A stretch of 64,000 nucleotides of DNA from Primorskyibacter aestuariivivens (GTDB lineage Bacteria; Pseudomonadota; Alphaproteobacteria; Rhodobacterales; Rhodobacteraceae). The notes beneath the pieces were generated by a model. That model saw only the letters and a list, made by a program, of their open reading frames with translations. It searched no databases and was not told where the DNA came from. The translations under genes were made by a program, and so were the position numbers. The stretch is taken from positions 124,282 through 188,281 of the forward strand of contig NZ_JAQIOZ010000005.1 in assembly GCF_028023675.1 (NCBI RefSeq). Reading direction: 5' to 3'. Numbering within the stretch: position 1 is the stretch's first letter; each line of letters starts with the position of its first letter. Shown piece by piece: positions 29,253 to 39,269 of this stretch.

Positions 29253-30452
29253 ATGTCGCAACAAGTACGAGAAAAGGCCGAACAGGCATTGGCCATGGTT
29301 GAAGAGGTAAACGCGGTGATCCTGCCAGAACCCGGCAAGGCCACGGCAATTGTGCCCCTGTCCGAGGCCAGCCCCGAAGTGGGCGAAGAGATCCGTCAGC
29401 GCATGGACGAGATCGACATGGGCGACACCAATTCCATCGTTTCCTTCGGCTCTGCCGCACAGGCCGAATTGCAGGAAATCTCGCAGGCCATGCTGACCGA
29501 TGTGCGCAACAAGGATGTGGGCCCTGCCGGTGACAGCTTGCGTGGTATCGTCACGACGATCCGGGGCTTTTCGGTCTCGGAACTGGACGTGCGCCGCGAA
29601 CGGACCTGGTGGGAAAAACTGTTGGGCCGCGCCGCACCCTTTGCCAAGTTCACCGCGCGGTTCGAAGAGGTGCAGGGCCAGATCGACCGCGTGACGGACA
29701 ATCTTCTGGAGCATGAACACAAGCTACTCAAGGACATCAAATCGCTCGACCTGCTTTATGAAAAGACGCTGAATTTCTACGACGAGCTGGCGCTTTATAT
29801 CGCGGCGGGCGAGGAAAAGCTCAAAGAACTGGACGAGAATGACATCCCCGCCAAGGAGGCCGAGGTGCAGGCTGCCGCCGAGGGCGATCAGGTGATGAAG
29901 GCGCAGGAATTGCGCGACCTGCGCGCCGCGCGTGACGATCTGGAACGCCGGGTGCATGATCTCAAGCTGACGCGGCAGGTCACGATGCAATCGCTGCCCT
30001 CGATCCGTCTGGTGCAGGAAAACGACAAATCGCTGGTCACCAAGATCAACTCGACGCTGGTCAACACCGTGCCACTTTGGGAAACCCAGCTGGCACAGGC
30101 CGTGACCATCCAACGCTCCGCCGAAGCAGCCGCCGCCGTGCGCGATGCCAACGATCTGACCAACGAGCTTCTGACCGCGAACGCCAAGAACCTGCGGGAA
30201 TCGAACAAGATGATCCGCGAGGAAATGGAGCGCGGCGTGTTCGACATCGAAGCGGTCAAACAGGCCAATGCCGACCTGATCGGCACCATCGAGGAAAGCC
30301 TCCAGATCGCGGACGAGGGCAAGGCCCGGCGCGCGGCGGCCGAGGAAGAGCTCAAGAAAATGGAAAAGGAACTGCGCGACACGCTTGCTTCGGCCAAGGC
30401 GCGCAAAACCGGCACAGGCGATATCGCCGCCACCTCTGTTCCGGCCAACTGA
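29253..30452 (+). CDS. telA: toxic anion resistance protein TelA/KlaA family
   Basis: 400 aa, coiled-coil-rich; TelA family pattern; start ATG 29253 (MSQQVREK). Confidence 0.8.
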   Translation: MSQQVREKAEQALAMVEEVNAVILPEPGKATAIVPLSEASPEVGEEIRQRMDEIDMGDTNSIVSFGSAAQAELQEISQAMLTDVRNKDVGPAGDSLRGIVTTIRGFSVSELDVRRERTWWEKLLGRAAPFAKFTARFEEVQGQIDRVTDNLLEHEHKLLKDIKSLDLLYEKTLNFYDELALYIAAGEEKLKELDENDIPAKEAEVQAAAEGDQVMKAQELRDLRAARDDLERRVHDLKLTRQVTMQSLPSIRLVQENDKSLVTKINSTLVNTVPLWETQLAQAVTIQRSAEAAAAVRDANDLTNELLTANAKNLRESNKMIREEMERGVFDIEAVKQANADLIGTIEESLQIADEGKARRAAAEEELKKMEKELRDTLASAKARKTGTGDIAATSVPAN

Positions 30453-30456
30453 GACC

Positions 30457-31416
30457 ATGCGCAGGGTCCGGTTCACCTCCATGCTTGCCCTCAGCGCTCT
30501 TGCGCTGAGCGCCTGCAATCTGTTTGTCGAACCGGTCCCCGTGCCCCCGGAACGGCCGGGCAACCTGCGCCCGACGCCCGCCGCGCTACCTGCGCCCTCG
30601 GGACCGTCCGAGCGCAGCCGGGAACTGGCCAATTACTATACCCGCGTCGAGGCGCAGCTGGTCGCACAAGGCCTGATGCGCACCGATGGCGGCGGACCCG
30701 ATACGCAGTTCAGCCGCCGCATGCTGATCGACAATTTCGAACGCATCGCGTTTTACGACGAATACGAACGCGGCACCGGCTTGCGCTCCTCCTTTGGCGG
30801 CAAGAGCCGGTTGAAACGCTGGGAAGTGCCGGTGCGCATGACCGTGGAATTCGGCGCAAGCGTGTCCGACGAGCAGCGCGCCACGGACACCGGCGAAGTG
30901 CGCCGCTATGTTGCGCGACTGGCACGTCTGACGGGCCATCCGATCACGATGAGCGACGCAAACCCGAACTACCACGTGATGTTCATGTCCGAGGATGACC
31001 GCGACACGCTGCCCGGACGGATCCAGCGGATCGTGCCCAATATCAACGAAAACGCGCTCGATATCTTCCGCAGCCTGCCGCGGTCGATCCATTGTCTTGT
31101 CATCGCGTTTTCCAGCGAACCGGGCGGGCATGAATATGCCAAGGCCATCGCGCTGATCCGGGCAGAACATCCGTCGCTCATGCGCAAATCCTGCATTCAC
31201 GAGGAACTGGCGCAGGGGCTTGGGCTTGCCAATGACAGCCCGCGCGCGCGGCCGTCGATCTTCAATGATGACGACGAGTTTGCACTATTGACCAACCATG
31301 ACGAATTGCTGCTCAAAATGCTTTACGACCGTCGGCTGAGCGTTGGCATGGCCTGGCCACAGGCAGAGCCGATCGTGGAAATCATCGCCGATGAGGTGAT
31401 GGGCGGGCCGAGTTAA
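30457..31416 (+). CDS. DUF2927-like lipoprotein
   Basis: Lipobox ..LALSAC; start ATG 30457; 5-nt gap after telA. Confidence 0.65.
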   Translation: MRRVRFTSMLALSALALSACNLFVEPVPVPPERPGNLRPTPAALPAPSGPSERSRELANYYTRVEAQLVAQGLMRTDGGGPDTQFSRRMLIDNFERIAFYDEYERGTGLRSSFGGKSRLKRWEVPVRMTVEFGASVSDEQRATDTGEVRRYVARLARLTGHPITMSDANPNYHVMFMSEDDRDTLPGRIQRIVPNINENALDIFRSLPRSIHCLVIAFSSEPGGHEYAKAIALIRAEHPSLMRKSCIHEELAQGLGLANDSPRARPSIFNDDDEFALLTNHDELLLKMLYDRRLSVGMAWPQAEPIVEIIADEVMGGPS

Positions 31417-31438
31417 AGAAACAAGGGAGAGACACCCA

Positions 31439-32563
31439 ATGGGTATTTTCGATTTTCTCAGCGGACAGTTTATCGACGTCATTCATTGGGTGGATGACAC
31501 GCGCGACACAATGGTCTGGCGCTTTGAGCGAGAGGGCCATGAGATCAAGTACGGCGCCAAGCTGACCGTGCGCGAGGGGCAATCGGCGGTGTTTGTGCAT
31601 GAGGGGCAGTTGGCAGATGTCTTTACCCCCGGTCTCTACATGCTTGAGACCAACAACATGCCGATCATGACGACGCTGCAGCACTGGGATCACGGGTTCA
31701 AATCCCCGTTCAAATCCGAGATCTATTTCGTCAACACGACCCGTTTCACCGATCTGAAATGGGGCACCAAGAACCCGATCATGCTGCGCGATCCGGAGTT
31801 CGGGCCCACCCGCATCCGCGCCTATGGCACCTATTCGGTGCGGGTGAAGGACCCCGCGCTCTTCATGACCGAGATCGTCGGCACCGATGGTGAATTCACC
31901 ATGGACGAGATCAGCTTTCAGATCCGCAACATCATCGTGCAGGAATTCTCACGCGTGATCGCAGGCTCTGGCATTCCCGTTCTGGACATGGCCGCCAACA
32001 CCGCCGATCTGGGCAAGATGATCGCCGCCGAGATCAGCCAGATCGTGGCGGGCTACGGGTTGTCGATCCCGGAATTCTATATCGAGAATATTTCGTTGCC
32101 GCCCGCGGTCGAGGAAGCGTTGGACAAGCGTACGTCGATGGGGCTGGCCGGCGATCTGGGCAAGTTCACGCAATATTCCGCCGCCGAGGCGATGACCAAA
32201 GCCGCCAGCAATCCCAACGGCGGCGGCGGCATGGGGGCCGGGCTTGGCATGGGGATGGGCATGGCGATGGCCAACCAGATGGCAAATCAAGGGCCATGGG
32301 GCGCACAGAATAGTGCGCCCGCCGCCGCGCATGCCGCGCCGCCGCCCCCGCCACCTGTCGAACATGTCTGGCACATCGCCGAAAACGGCGCCACCAAAGG
32401 CCCGTTCTCCAAGGCCAAGCTGGGGCGCATGGCGCAGGCCGGTGAAATCACCCGCGAAACCTATGTCTGGACCGCCGGTCAGGACGGCTGGATGCGGGCC
32501 GAGGACGTGCAGGAACTGGCGCAGCTTTTCACCATCCTGCCGCCCCCCCCGCCGGGTATGTGA
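31439..32563 (+). CDS. SPFH/band-7 domain protein with Gly/Met-rich linker, poly-Pro and C-terminal DUF4339 (GYF-like) domain
   Basis: 374 aa; SPFH core; ..GGGGMGAGLGMGMGMAMANQMANQG.. linker; C-terminal VWHIAENGATKGPFS..TYVWTAGQDGW. Confidence 0.8.
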   Translation: MGIFDFLSGQFIDVIHWVDDTRDTMVWRFEREGHEIKYGAKLTVREGQSAVFVHEGQLADVFTPGLYMLETNNMPIMTTLQHWDHGFKSPFKSEIYFVNTTRFTDLKWGTKNPIMLRDPEFGPTRIRAYGTYSVRVKDPALFMTEIVGTDGEFTMDEISFQIRNIIVQEFSRVIAGSGIPVLDMAANTADLGKMIAAEISQIVAGYGLSIPEFYIENISLPPAVEEALDKRTSMGLAGDLGKFTQYSAAEAMTKAASNPNGGGGMGAGLGMGMGMAMANQMANQGPWGAQNSAPAAAHAAPPPPPPVEHVWHIAENGATKGPFSKAKLGRMAQAGEITRETYVWTAGQDGWMRAEDVQELAQLFTILPPPPPGM

Positions 32564-32689
32564 ACCGCATCTGACGACCGGCGAGACCATCGCTCTGCAG
32601 GGCGTTCGGCCTCGACCGGATACGTGCAATGTCGCGCTATCGGGCGCGTGATGCTTTGCTCGCGGCGTTTGCCGGGCAAGACGCTTTGA

Positions 32690-34519
32690 CTAGCTGGATA
32701 TCTCGATCTCCAGATCCGTTTTCTCGCCCCGGATGATCACTTCGGTCACCCTGAAATCCACTGTGATGCCATCGTCGAAAATCCGCCGCGACAGTGGGTT
32801 TATCACGTAGCGCTCGATCCTGTTTCCGATTCCACGACCGCCCTCGAAATAGCCCGAGGTACACAAGCCCCTGAACCGGTCGCGCACAGGCTCGGGAATC
32901 TCGATTGTGATCCCCTGCTCGGCGCGCACCGTGTCCAGAACCCGCTGCAGCATGGCGTCAAAAATCTGCTGTGTGGCCTCTGTGGACAAGAAGTCGAAGA
33001 CCACCACATTCTGACCGATCCGGTTCAGCAATTCAGGGCGCCGAAGCTCCGAGACGAAATGCTCATGAATGGCGCTGGAGATCTTGCTCTGCAATTCCGC
33101 GTGGCTGTCAGATGGCAGCACATTCATCCCCAGATTGGTTTTACTGGAACCCGAGGACATTCCGATATTCGATGTGAACACGATAAGCGCCTCGGAGAAA
33201 TAGGCCGTTGCCCCGCGCGAATCCGTCAACCGTCCTTCGTCCAGCACTTGCAGAAACACATCCAGAATGCGCGGATGCGCCTTTTCCACCTCGTCGAAGA
33301 GGAACACGCTGAAGGGACGATGATTGGCAGCGTTCACCAACTCGCCTCCGCGCTCATGGCCCGGGTGGCCCGGTGGCGCGCCGAGCAGACGAGAGACCGA
33401 ATTTTCCTCCATGAATTCCGACATATCAAACCGGTGGCAAGCGGACTCGTCGCCGAACAGCAATTCGGTGATCGCCTTGGCCAGTTCCGTCTTGCCCACA
33501 CCCGTCGGTCCGGCAAGAAACAGCACGCCGCGCGGTTTGCTCAGACGCGCCCCCGATTGCGACCCTGACAGCCCGATGATCGATCGGGCCAGAATATCCA
33601 GCGTCTGGTCCAGCGCCACATCCTGCCCTTTGATCCGATGGTGCAGCAAATCGCGTGCCTTGCGCACGCGGTTGAACAGAACCTTGGAATTCCACGGGTT
33701 CCGGCGCAGCCCGGTCCGGTAAATGCGCACCGCATCGCGGATGCGTGCCAGCGGGATCTGATCCGCCCGCGCTACCTGAACGATGGAGCGCATGGCCAGA
33801 AGCGTCTCGCCATCACAGAGTAGTGCGAATTCCTGCAAATGCCCGGCACTTGTCCGGGTATCATACTCTGCGCTGTCCTCCAGCGCGCCCGACATGGTGC
33901 CGGCGAAAAGAAACCGGTCTTCAAGACTCGGCAGGCCTACATGGATCTGGCGCAGCAGATCATTACCGAACACGAACCACTCGGGCAGGTCAGTGACCGC
34001 ATCCGCCAGCCAAATAGTCGGCGCCGCCTGCGCGGCGGAACCGGTGCCTGCGCCGATTTCGCGCGTCGCAGTGTGGATGCGAACAAAGAAGGCGTCCCAC
34101 GTCTCGGACGCGGCGTCCGGCAAATGCGAGGCATAGTCCACCACCAGGGCCATGCCCCATTCGGGATGGCGCGCCAACGTGGTCTGAGCCTCAGCCAGGT
34201 CAGCCAATCCCATCTCCGGCTTGCCAAGCGCAATCCCCGCATCCCGAAGCGCCGTGTTCTGGTCCTCGGTGAGCGCACCCACAACGCAAAGGCCCCCGAT
34301 CGGATCATATCGCAAGCAGGTCGTGACACCCCGGCTGCGCAGCTGCTCGGCGATAGCGTTGACGATATCACGGAATTCCAGGCGTCCCGATACCTGGCAG
34401 GGAAAGACATCGCGTATATTTCCGGACAGAACGAGATGATCCGCATAGTCCTGACACGAGGCAAATTCTTCGAACCAGACGGGTGGTTCATGGGTCTCAC
34501 CAAACTGTGGCGAATTCAA
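32690..34519 (-). CDS. single-module ClpA/ClpB-D2-like AAA+ ATPase with uncharacterised ~290-aa N-terminal domain
   Basis: Walker A GPTGVGKT, Walker B FLFDEVEKAH, sensor TSN, ClpB-D2 hallmark GQD.AL..L plus PPGHPGHERGG (canonical PPGYVGYEEGG with Tyr to His); no Walker A in the N-terminal 290 aa. Confidence 0.8.
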   Translation of the reverse strand: MNSPQFGETHEPPVWFEEFASCQDYADHLVLSGNIRDVFPCQVSGRLEFRDIVNAIAEQLRSRGVTTCLRYDPIGGLCVVGALTEDQNTALRDAGIALGKPEMGLADLAEAQTTLARHPEWGMALVVDYASHLPDAASETWDAFFVRIHTATREIGAGTGSAAQAAPTIWLADAVTDLPEWFVFGNDLLRQIHVGLPSLEDRFLFAGTMSGALEDSAEYDTRTSAGHLQEFALLCDGETLLAMRSIVQVARADQIPLARIRDAVRIYRTGLRRNPWNSKVLFNRVRKARDLLHHRIKGQDVALDQTLDILARSIIGLSGSQSGARLSKPRGVLFLAGPTGVGKTELAKAITELLFGDESACHRFDMSEFMEENSVSRLLGAPPGHPGHERGGELVNAANHRPFSVFLFDEVEKAHPRILDVFLQVLDEGRLTDSRGATAYFSEALIVFTSNIGMSSGSSKTNLGMNVLPSDSHAELQSKISSAIHEHFVSELRRPELLNRIGQNVVVFDFLSTEATQQIFDAMLQRVLDTVRAEQGITIEIPEPVRDRFRGLCTSGYFEGGRGIGNRIERYVINPLSRRIFDDGITVDFRVTEVIIRGEKTDLEIEISS

Positions 34520-34706
34520 AACTGTGCCCCCCTTGGCTGGCTGCTCCGGACACTGTCCATGACCGCTGAATATATGCGATATTCACCATATGACTTTGCG
34601 ATTGGCAATCTGTCATCCGGTGTGAAAGGCAGGGTCAGAGCCTCTTTTCCAACATCCATGCCCGCCCTATGGTGCATGTGAACCAAAAGAAGTTTGATGA
34701 TATTTC

Positions 34707-35834
34707 ATGACCGATCCGTTTTCGCCCCCGCCCTTGCCCGACACCCCCGAAGCCGAACATCGCTTTCCTTGCGATGAATGCGGCGCGGATTTCCGGTTTG
34801 ATCCCTGCACCGGCGGGCTGACCTGCGATCATTGTGGCAACCGCTCGGACATTCAGACCGGCCCCTGGGGCGGAGCGGCGCTGAAGGAATTGGATTTCGA
34901 CCGCGCCATCGCCAACCAACTGCCGTCGGAAGACATCGAGGAAACCCGTGTTTCCAAATGCCCCAATTGCGCGGCCGAGGTCGAGTTCGACGCCAATATC
35001 CACGCACGCGAATGCCCGTTCTGCGCCACACCCGTCGTGGTGGACACCGGGACGCACCGCCATATCAAGCCGCGTGGATTGCTGCCCTTTGCGATGGAGG
35101 AACGTGACGCCCACAAAGCAATGACCGACTGGCTGGGCAAGCTGTGGTTCGCCCCCAACGGATTGCAGGACTACGCGCGCAAGGGCCGCAAGATGGAGGG
35201 CATTTATGTCCCCTACTGGACCTTTGATGCGGATACGAAATCCCGCTATTCCGGCCAACGCGGCACGGTTTACTATGAGACCCGCACCGTGATGCGCGAC
35301 GGCAAAGCCACCCAGCAAAGGGTCCAGAAAATCCGCTGGCGCTCCGTTTCGGGGCGCGTGGCGCGGTTCTTTGACGATGTTCTGGTGCTGGCATCCCGGT
35401 CCCTGCCCAAGAAATACACCGACAACCTGGAACCCTGGGACCTGTCGGCGCTGGAACCCTACCGGCCCGAATTCCTCGCTGGGTTTCGCGCCGAGGGCTA
35501 TCAGGTGGAACTGGCCGAGGGCTTCTCCGAGGCGCGCCACTACATGGACCGCATGATCGAGCGGGACGTGAAATTCGACATTGGCGGCGACCGCCAGCGC
35601 ATCCACAATATCGACACCGATATCAGCGATATCACCTTCAAGCACATCCTGCTGCCGGTCTGGCTGGCCGCTTATAAGTACCGCGGCAAATCCTATCGTT
35701 TCGTCGTGAACGGGCGCACGGGGCGGGTCCAGGGCGAACGCCCTTGGTCGGCATGGAAGATTGCCTTTGCCGTAGTTGTGGGGCTGATTGTGGCCGGAGC
35801 GGTGGGCTATCTCTGGGCGCAGTCGCAGCAATAG
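34707..35834 (+). CDS. double zinc-ribbon protein with C-terminal transmembrane anchor (uncharacterised)
   Basis: Two CxxC..CxxC ribbons (CDECG..CDHCG and CPNC..CPFC), ~250-aa conserved-looking middle region, C-terminal TM helix IAFAVVVGLIVAGAVGYLW. Confidence 0.65.
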   Translation: MTDPFSPPPLPDTPEAEHRFPCDECGADFRFDPCTGGLTCDHCGNRSDIQTGPWGGAALKELDFDRAIANQLPSEDIEETRVSKCPNCAAEVEFDANIHARECPFCATPVVVDTGTHRHIKPRGLLPFAMEERDAHKAMTDWLGKLWFAPNGLQDYARKGRKMEGIYVPYWTFDADTKSRYSGQRGTVYYETRTVMRDGKATQQRVQKIRWRSVSGRVARFFDDVLVLASRSLPKKYTDNLEPWDLSALEPYRPEFLAGFRAEGYQVELAEGFSEARHYMDRMIERDVKFDIGGDRQRIHNIDTDISDITFKHILLPVWLAAYKYRGKSYRFVVNGRTGRVQGERPWSAWKIAFAVVVGLIVAGAVGYLWAQSQQ

Positions 35835-36118
35835 CCCCGGATGGCTGACGTATCGGACAAGACACGCCAGCCCCACCATATCCGATGGTTGTGAAACAGT
35901 GCAGTTATTGGCCGCAATCTTCCGGAAACCGCCGGTCAGAAAGGGCCAATTGCTCCCGGTTCCCACCGATTGGCACAATCTTCGGTGGTCTGAGCTAGCA
36001 TATCAGAGCGGCAAATCCGTTACGGAATATCCAAACCGGGTCGAATTGCCGCTAAACTGGCTTGTGACTGGACGGAAAACCGCGCATGTTACCGCAAACA
36101 TTCCAAGGATAACTGACC

Positions 36119-37039
36119 ATGCCTGCCGAAATTTTGTGCTGTGGCGAAGCTTTGATCGACATGTTGCCGCGGATATCCGAACAGGGTGAGTCGGCCTTTG
36201 CCCCCCATACGGGCGGCGCGGTCTATAACACCGCTATCGCGCTGGGCCGTCTGGGGGCACCTGCGGGATATTTCGGCGGGCTGAGCCGCGATCTCTTTGG
36301 TCAATTGCTCGAAGAGGACCTTAATGCAGCCCGCGTCGAGGCCGGGCTAGCCCCGCGCAGCGACGCGCCCACCACGCTGGCCTTTGTCACGCTCAGGGAC
36401 GGGCATGCAACCTATGCCTTCTATGACGAAAACACCGCCGGGCGCATGCTGTCCGAAGATGACCTGCCCGCCCTGCCCGAAACCGTCACGACCTTGTTTT
36501 TTGGTGGCATCTCGCTGGTCTCGGAGCCCTGCGCCGACAGTTTTGCCGCGCTTGCCGCGCGTGAGGCGGACAAACGCCTGATCATGCTCGATCCCAATAT
36601 CCGCCCCGGTTTCATCCGGGACGAGGCCCGGTATCGCGCCCGGCTGGAGCGCATGCTGGCGCTTGCCGATGTGGTCAAGGTTTCGGACGAGGATCTCGAC
36701 TGGATCACCGGCACCACCGATCCCAATGCGCTGATCGCCCATGGGGTCAAGCTGGTGCTCATGACCCGCGGTGCCGAAGGCGTCACAGCGGTCAGCGCCC
36801 ATGGCACAAGGAACCTGCCCGCCAACAAGGTCGAAGTGGTGGATACGGTCGGCGCGGGCGACACGTTCAACGCCGGTTTCCTTGCGGGGCTGCATCAGGC
36901 GGGGCTCGCCACCAAGGGCACGTTTGCCGCCGCCGATCTCGACGCGCTGGCCCCCGCCATCACCCTTGGCATGCGCGCCGCCGCCGTCACGGTGAGCCGC
37001 GCAGGCGCCAATCCGCCCTGGGCCGAAGAACTGGCATGA
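36119..37039 (+). CDS. PfkB-family carbohydrate kinase (fructokinase-like)
   Basis: N-terminal GEALIDM and C-terminal DTVGAGDTF PfkB motifs. Confidence 0.8.
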   Translation: MPAEILCCGEALIDMLPRISEQGESAFAPHTGGAVYNTAIALGRLGAPAGYFGGLSRDLFGQLLEEDLNAARVEAGLAPRSDAPTTLAFVTLRDGHATYAFYDENTAGRMLSEDDLPALPETVTTLFFGGISLVSEPCADSFAALAAREADKRLIMLDPNIRPGFIRDEARYRARLERMLALADVVKVSDEDLDWITGTTDPNALIAHGVKLVLMTRGAEGVTAVSAHGTRNLPANKVEVVDTVGAGDTFNAGFLAGLHQAGLATKGTFAAADLDALAPAITLGMRAAAVTVSRAGANPPWAEELA

Positions 37040-37479
37040 GAGCGCTTCTGCAACGGGTCTCCGAGGCCGCCGTCCGTGTCGATGGTGCGGTGATCGGCCA
37101 GACCGGGCCCGGGCTGATGATCCTCATCTGCGCCATGCAGGGCGACACAGAAACCGAGGCCACAAAACTCGCCGCAAAAATCGCCAAGCTGCGCATCTTC
37201 ACCGATGACGCGGGCAAAATGAATCTGAACGTGACCCAGGCGGGCAATGCCGCGCTGGTGGTCAGCCAGTTCACGCTGGCCGCCGACACCAAACGCGGCA
37301 ATCGCCCCGGATTTTCCCATGCCGCACCGCCCGCCGATGGTGAAAGGCTTTACCTTGCCTTCGCTGACGCGTTGCGCGGCCACGGCCTCAATGTGGAAAC
37401 AGGCCAGTTCGGTGCCGATATGAAGGTCTCGCTCATCAATGACGGACCGGTCACGATCTGGCTGGATACTGCGGAGTGA
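37036..37479 (+). CDS. dtd: D-aminoacyl-tRNA deacylase
   Basis: 147 aa; [17 protein letters not shown] Dtd signature (SQFTL). Confidence 0.9.
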   Translation: MRALLQRVSEAAVRVDGAVIGQTGPGLMILICAMQGDTETEATKLAAKIAKLRIFTDDAGKMNLNVTQAGNAALVVSQFTLAADTKRGNRPGFSHAAPPADGERLYLAFADALRGHGLNVETGQFGADMKVSLINDGPVTIWLDTAE

Positions 37480-37482
37480 TCC

Positions 37483-37971
37483 TCACCCCTGCTTCTTGAC
37501 GAACTCCGTCAGGATCACAATGCGCTGCCCGTCCACGCGGCCTTCGATATGCCCTGCATTCTCGGGCACCAGAGAAATGCCCCGGACTGCCGTGCCCCGC
37601 TTGGCGGTGAACCCCGCGCCCTTGACCGGCAGGTCCTTGATCAACACAACCGTATCGCCCGCAGACAGCACCGCGCCGTTGGTGTCGCGATGTACGACCT
37701 CCGGCTCTCCCGCACCGCGCGCCTCGGCCAAAACATCCTCGGGCAAGGCACCCATCTCCAGCACCTCCAGCGCCCAAGGCACGCCCAGCTTCATCAGGAC
37801 CTGCGCCGCCGCCAGTTGGACTTCACGCCGCTCGGACCAGACCGCGCCATGCAGACATTGCCAATGCGGGCCGTCCTGGACAGCACCCTCAACACCCTCC
37901 CGGCATTTCGCACAAAGCTCCAGATCGCCAACCGTTTCGGCCTCTGGCGCGTCACATAGATCACAGGTCAT
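37483..37971 (-). CDS. PhnA/YjdC-family zinc-ribbon protein
   Basis: N-terminal CxxC..CxxC, C-terminal ..VVLIKDLPVKG..FVKK PhnA domain; start ATG 37971. The upstream part of the track ORF is REP-derived. Confidence 0.7.
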   Translation of the reverse strand: MTCDLCDAPEAETVGDLELCAKCREGVEGAVQDGPHWQCLHGAVWSERREVQLAAAQVLMKLGVPWALEVLEMGALPEDVLAEARGAGEPEVVHRDTNGAVLSAGDTVVLIKDLPVKGAGFTAKRGTAVRGISLVPENAGHIEGRVDGQRIVILTEFVKKQG

Positions 37972-37980
37972 GTCCTGCCC

Positions 37981-38026
37981 CTTCTTCTGTTTGAAAATAC
38001 CTCGGGGTTTGGGGCAGAGCCCCAAG
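37981..38026. repeat. dispersed REP-like element, copy 2
   Basis: CTTCTTCTGTTTGAAAATACCTCGGGGTTTGGGGCAGAGCCCCAA; ~93% identical to copy 1 at 25264. Confidence 0.55.
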
Positions 38027-38081
38027 ACGCGCCCCGCAGGGGCTCAAACCAGCGCGCCGCAGGCGCTCAATCTGAAAACGC

Positions 38082-39269
38082 CTACGGTTCCCGAAGCGCC
38101 TCGCGGCTCTTGTAGAGCGGTTTCATCAGGTACTGAAGCACGGTCTTCTCGCCTGTATGCAATTCCACCTGCGCCTGCATCCCCGGCCTGATCTCGATCC
38201 GCGCCTGCCGGTCCGTCATCGAGGCCATATCAACCCGCAGCGTGACCTTGTAATGCGGTTCCTGCTCCGCCTCGCGCACCCGCTCATCCTTGAACGTGTC
38301 GGCGGAAATGAAATCCACCCGGCCCTTGAGCGTGCCATAGATCGTATAATCATACGCCGACAGTTTCACCGTCGCCTCCTGCCCGCGGCGGATATTGGCG
38401 ATGTCCTCGGGCGGCACCCGCGCCTCGACAAACAGTTCCTCATCCAGCGGAATGATCTGCAATATCTCCTCGCCGGGCCGCACAACCCCGCCAATCGTCG
38501 TCACATGCAGCTTGTTCACCACCCCATGCATGGGCGAGCGCAGCACCGTGCGATTGAGCTGGTCCTGCGCCGCGGTCAGGTTCTGTTTCAGCGTCGCCAG
38601 TTCCTTGAGCGTCTCCGAATACTCCTCGGCCCGGGCCAGTTCGGTCCGGGTGACCACCTCATCATATTTGATCTGCGCATCCGCATGGGCCTTTCGCGCG
38701 CGGGTCACCTCGATCAGCGCGACAACCTCCTTGGCCAACATATTCTCCATCAGCCGCAATTCGCTGGCGGACTGGTCCATGACCTGTTTGGCCCCGCTCT
38801 TGCGGCTCGCGTAATCACTCTGCCGCGCCAGCAGCAGCGCGCGCTCAGAGGCCACGATATCTGGCGTGCGCGCCAAAAGCGCCTGCGGCACGCGAAAATC
38901 ATCGGCCCCGGCCATCTCCGCCTCGATCCGCAACCGCCGTATTTCCAGCGCGGTGATCTGGTCGCGCAGGTCATCCACCGCCGACTGGAACTGTGTCCCG
39001 TGCAGCCGCGCCAGGATATCACCGCGCATCACCTCATCACCTTCCTTGACCTGCAGATCAGCCAGAATGCCGCCCTCAAGGTTCTGGATGATCTGCGGAC
39101 GCGAGGACGAGATGATCTCGCCATCGGCGCGCACGATCTCGTCAATCCACGCGTAAGCCGCCCAGATGATGAACACCCAGACCGTGATCGCACAGAGCCA
39201 AACGGTCAGCGACGGCCCGCGCATGGATTTGCCCAATTGCCCGGCCAGGTTTGTCGTGGCGCTTGTCAT
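38082..39269 (-). CDS. HlyD-family type I secretion periplasmic adaptor
   Basis: N-terminal TM, long coiled coil, C-terminal beta-barrel; last gene of the adhesin-TolC-ABC-HlyD operon. Confidence 0.85.
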   Translation of the reverse strand: MTSATTNLAGQLGKSMRGPSLTVWLCAITVWVFIIWAAYAWIDEIVRADGEIISSSRPQIIQNLEGGILADLQVKEGDEVMRGDILARLHGTQFQSAVDDLRDQITALEIRRLRIEAEMAGADDFRVPQALLARTPDIVASERALLLARQSDYASRKSGAKQVMDQSASELRLMENMLAKEVVALIEVTRARKAHADAQIKYDEVVTRTELARAEEYSETLKELATLKQNLTAAQDQLNRTVLRSPMHGVVNKLHVTTIGGVVRPGEEILQIIPLDEELFVEARVPPEDIANIRRGQEATVKLSAYDYTIYGTLKGRVDFISADTFKDERVREAEQEPHYKVTLRVDMASMTDRQARIEIRPGMQAQVELHTGEKTVLQYLMKPLYKSREALREP

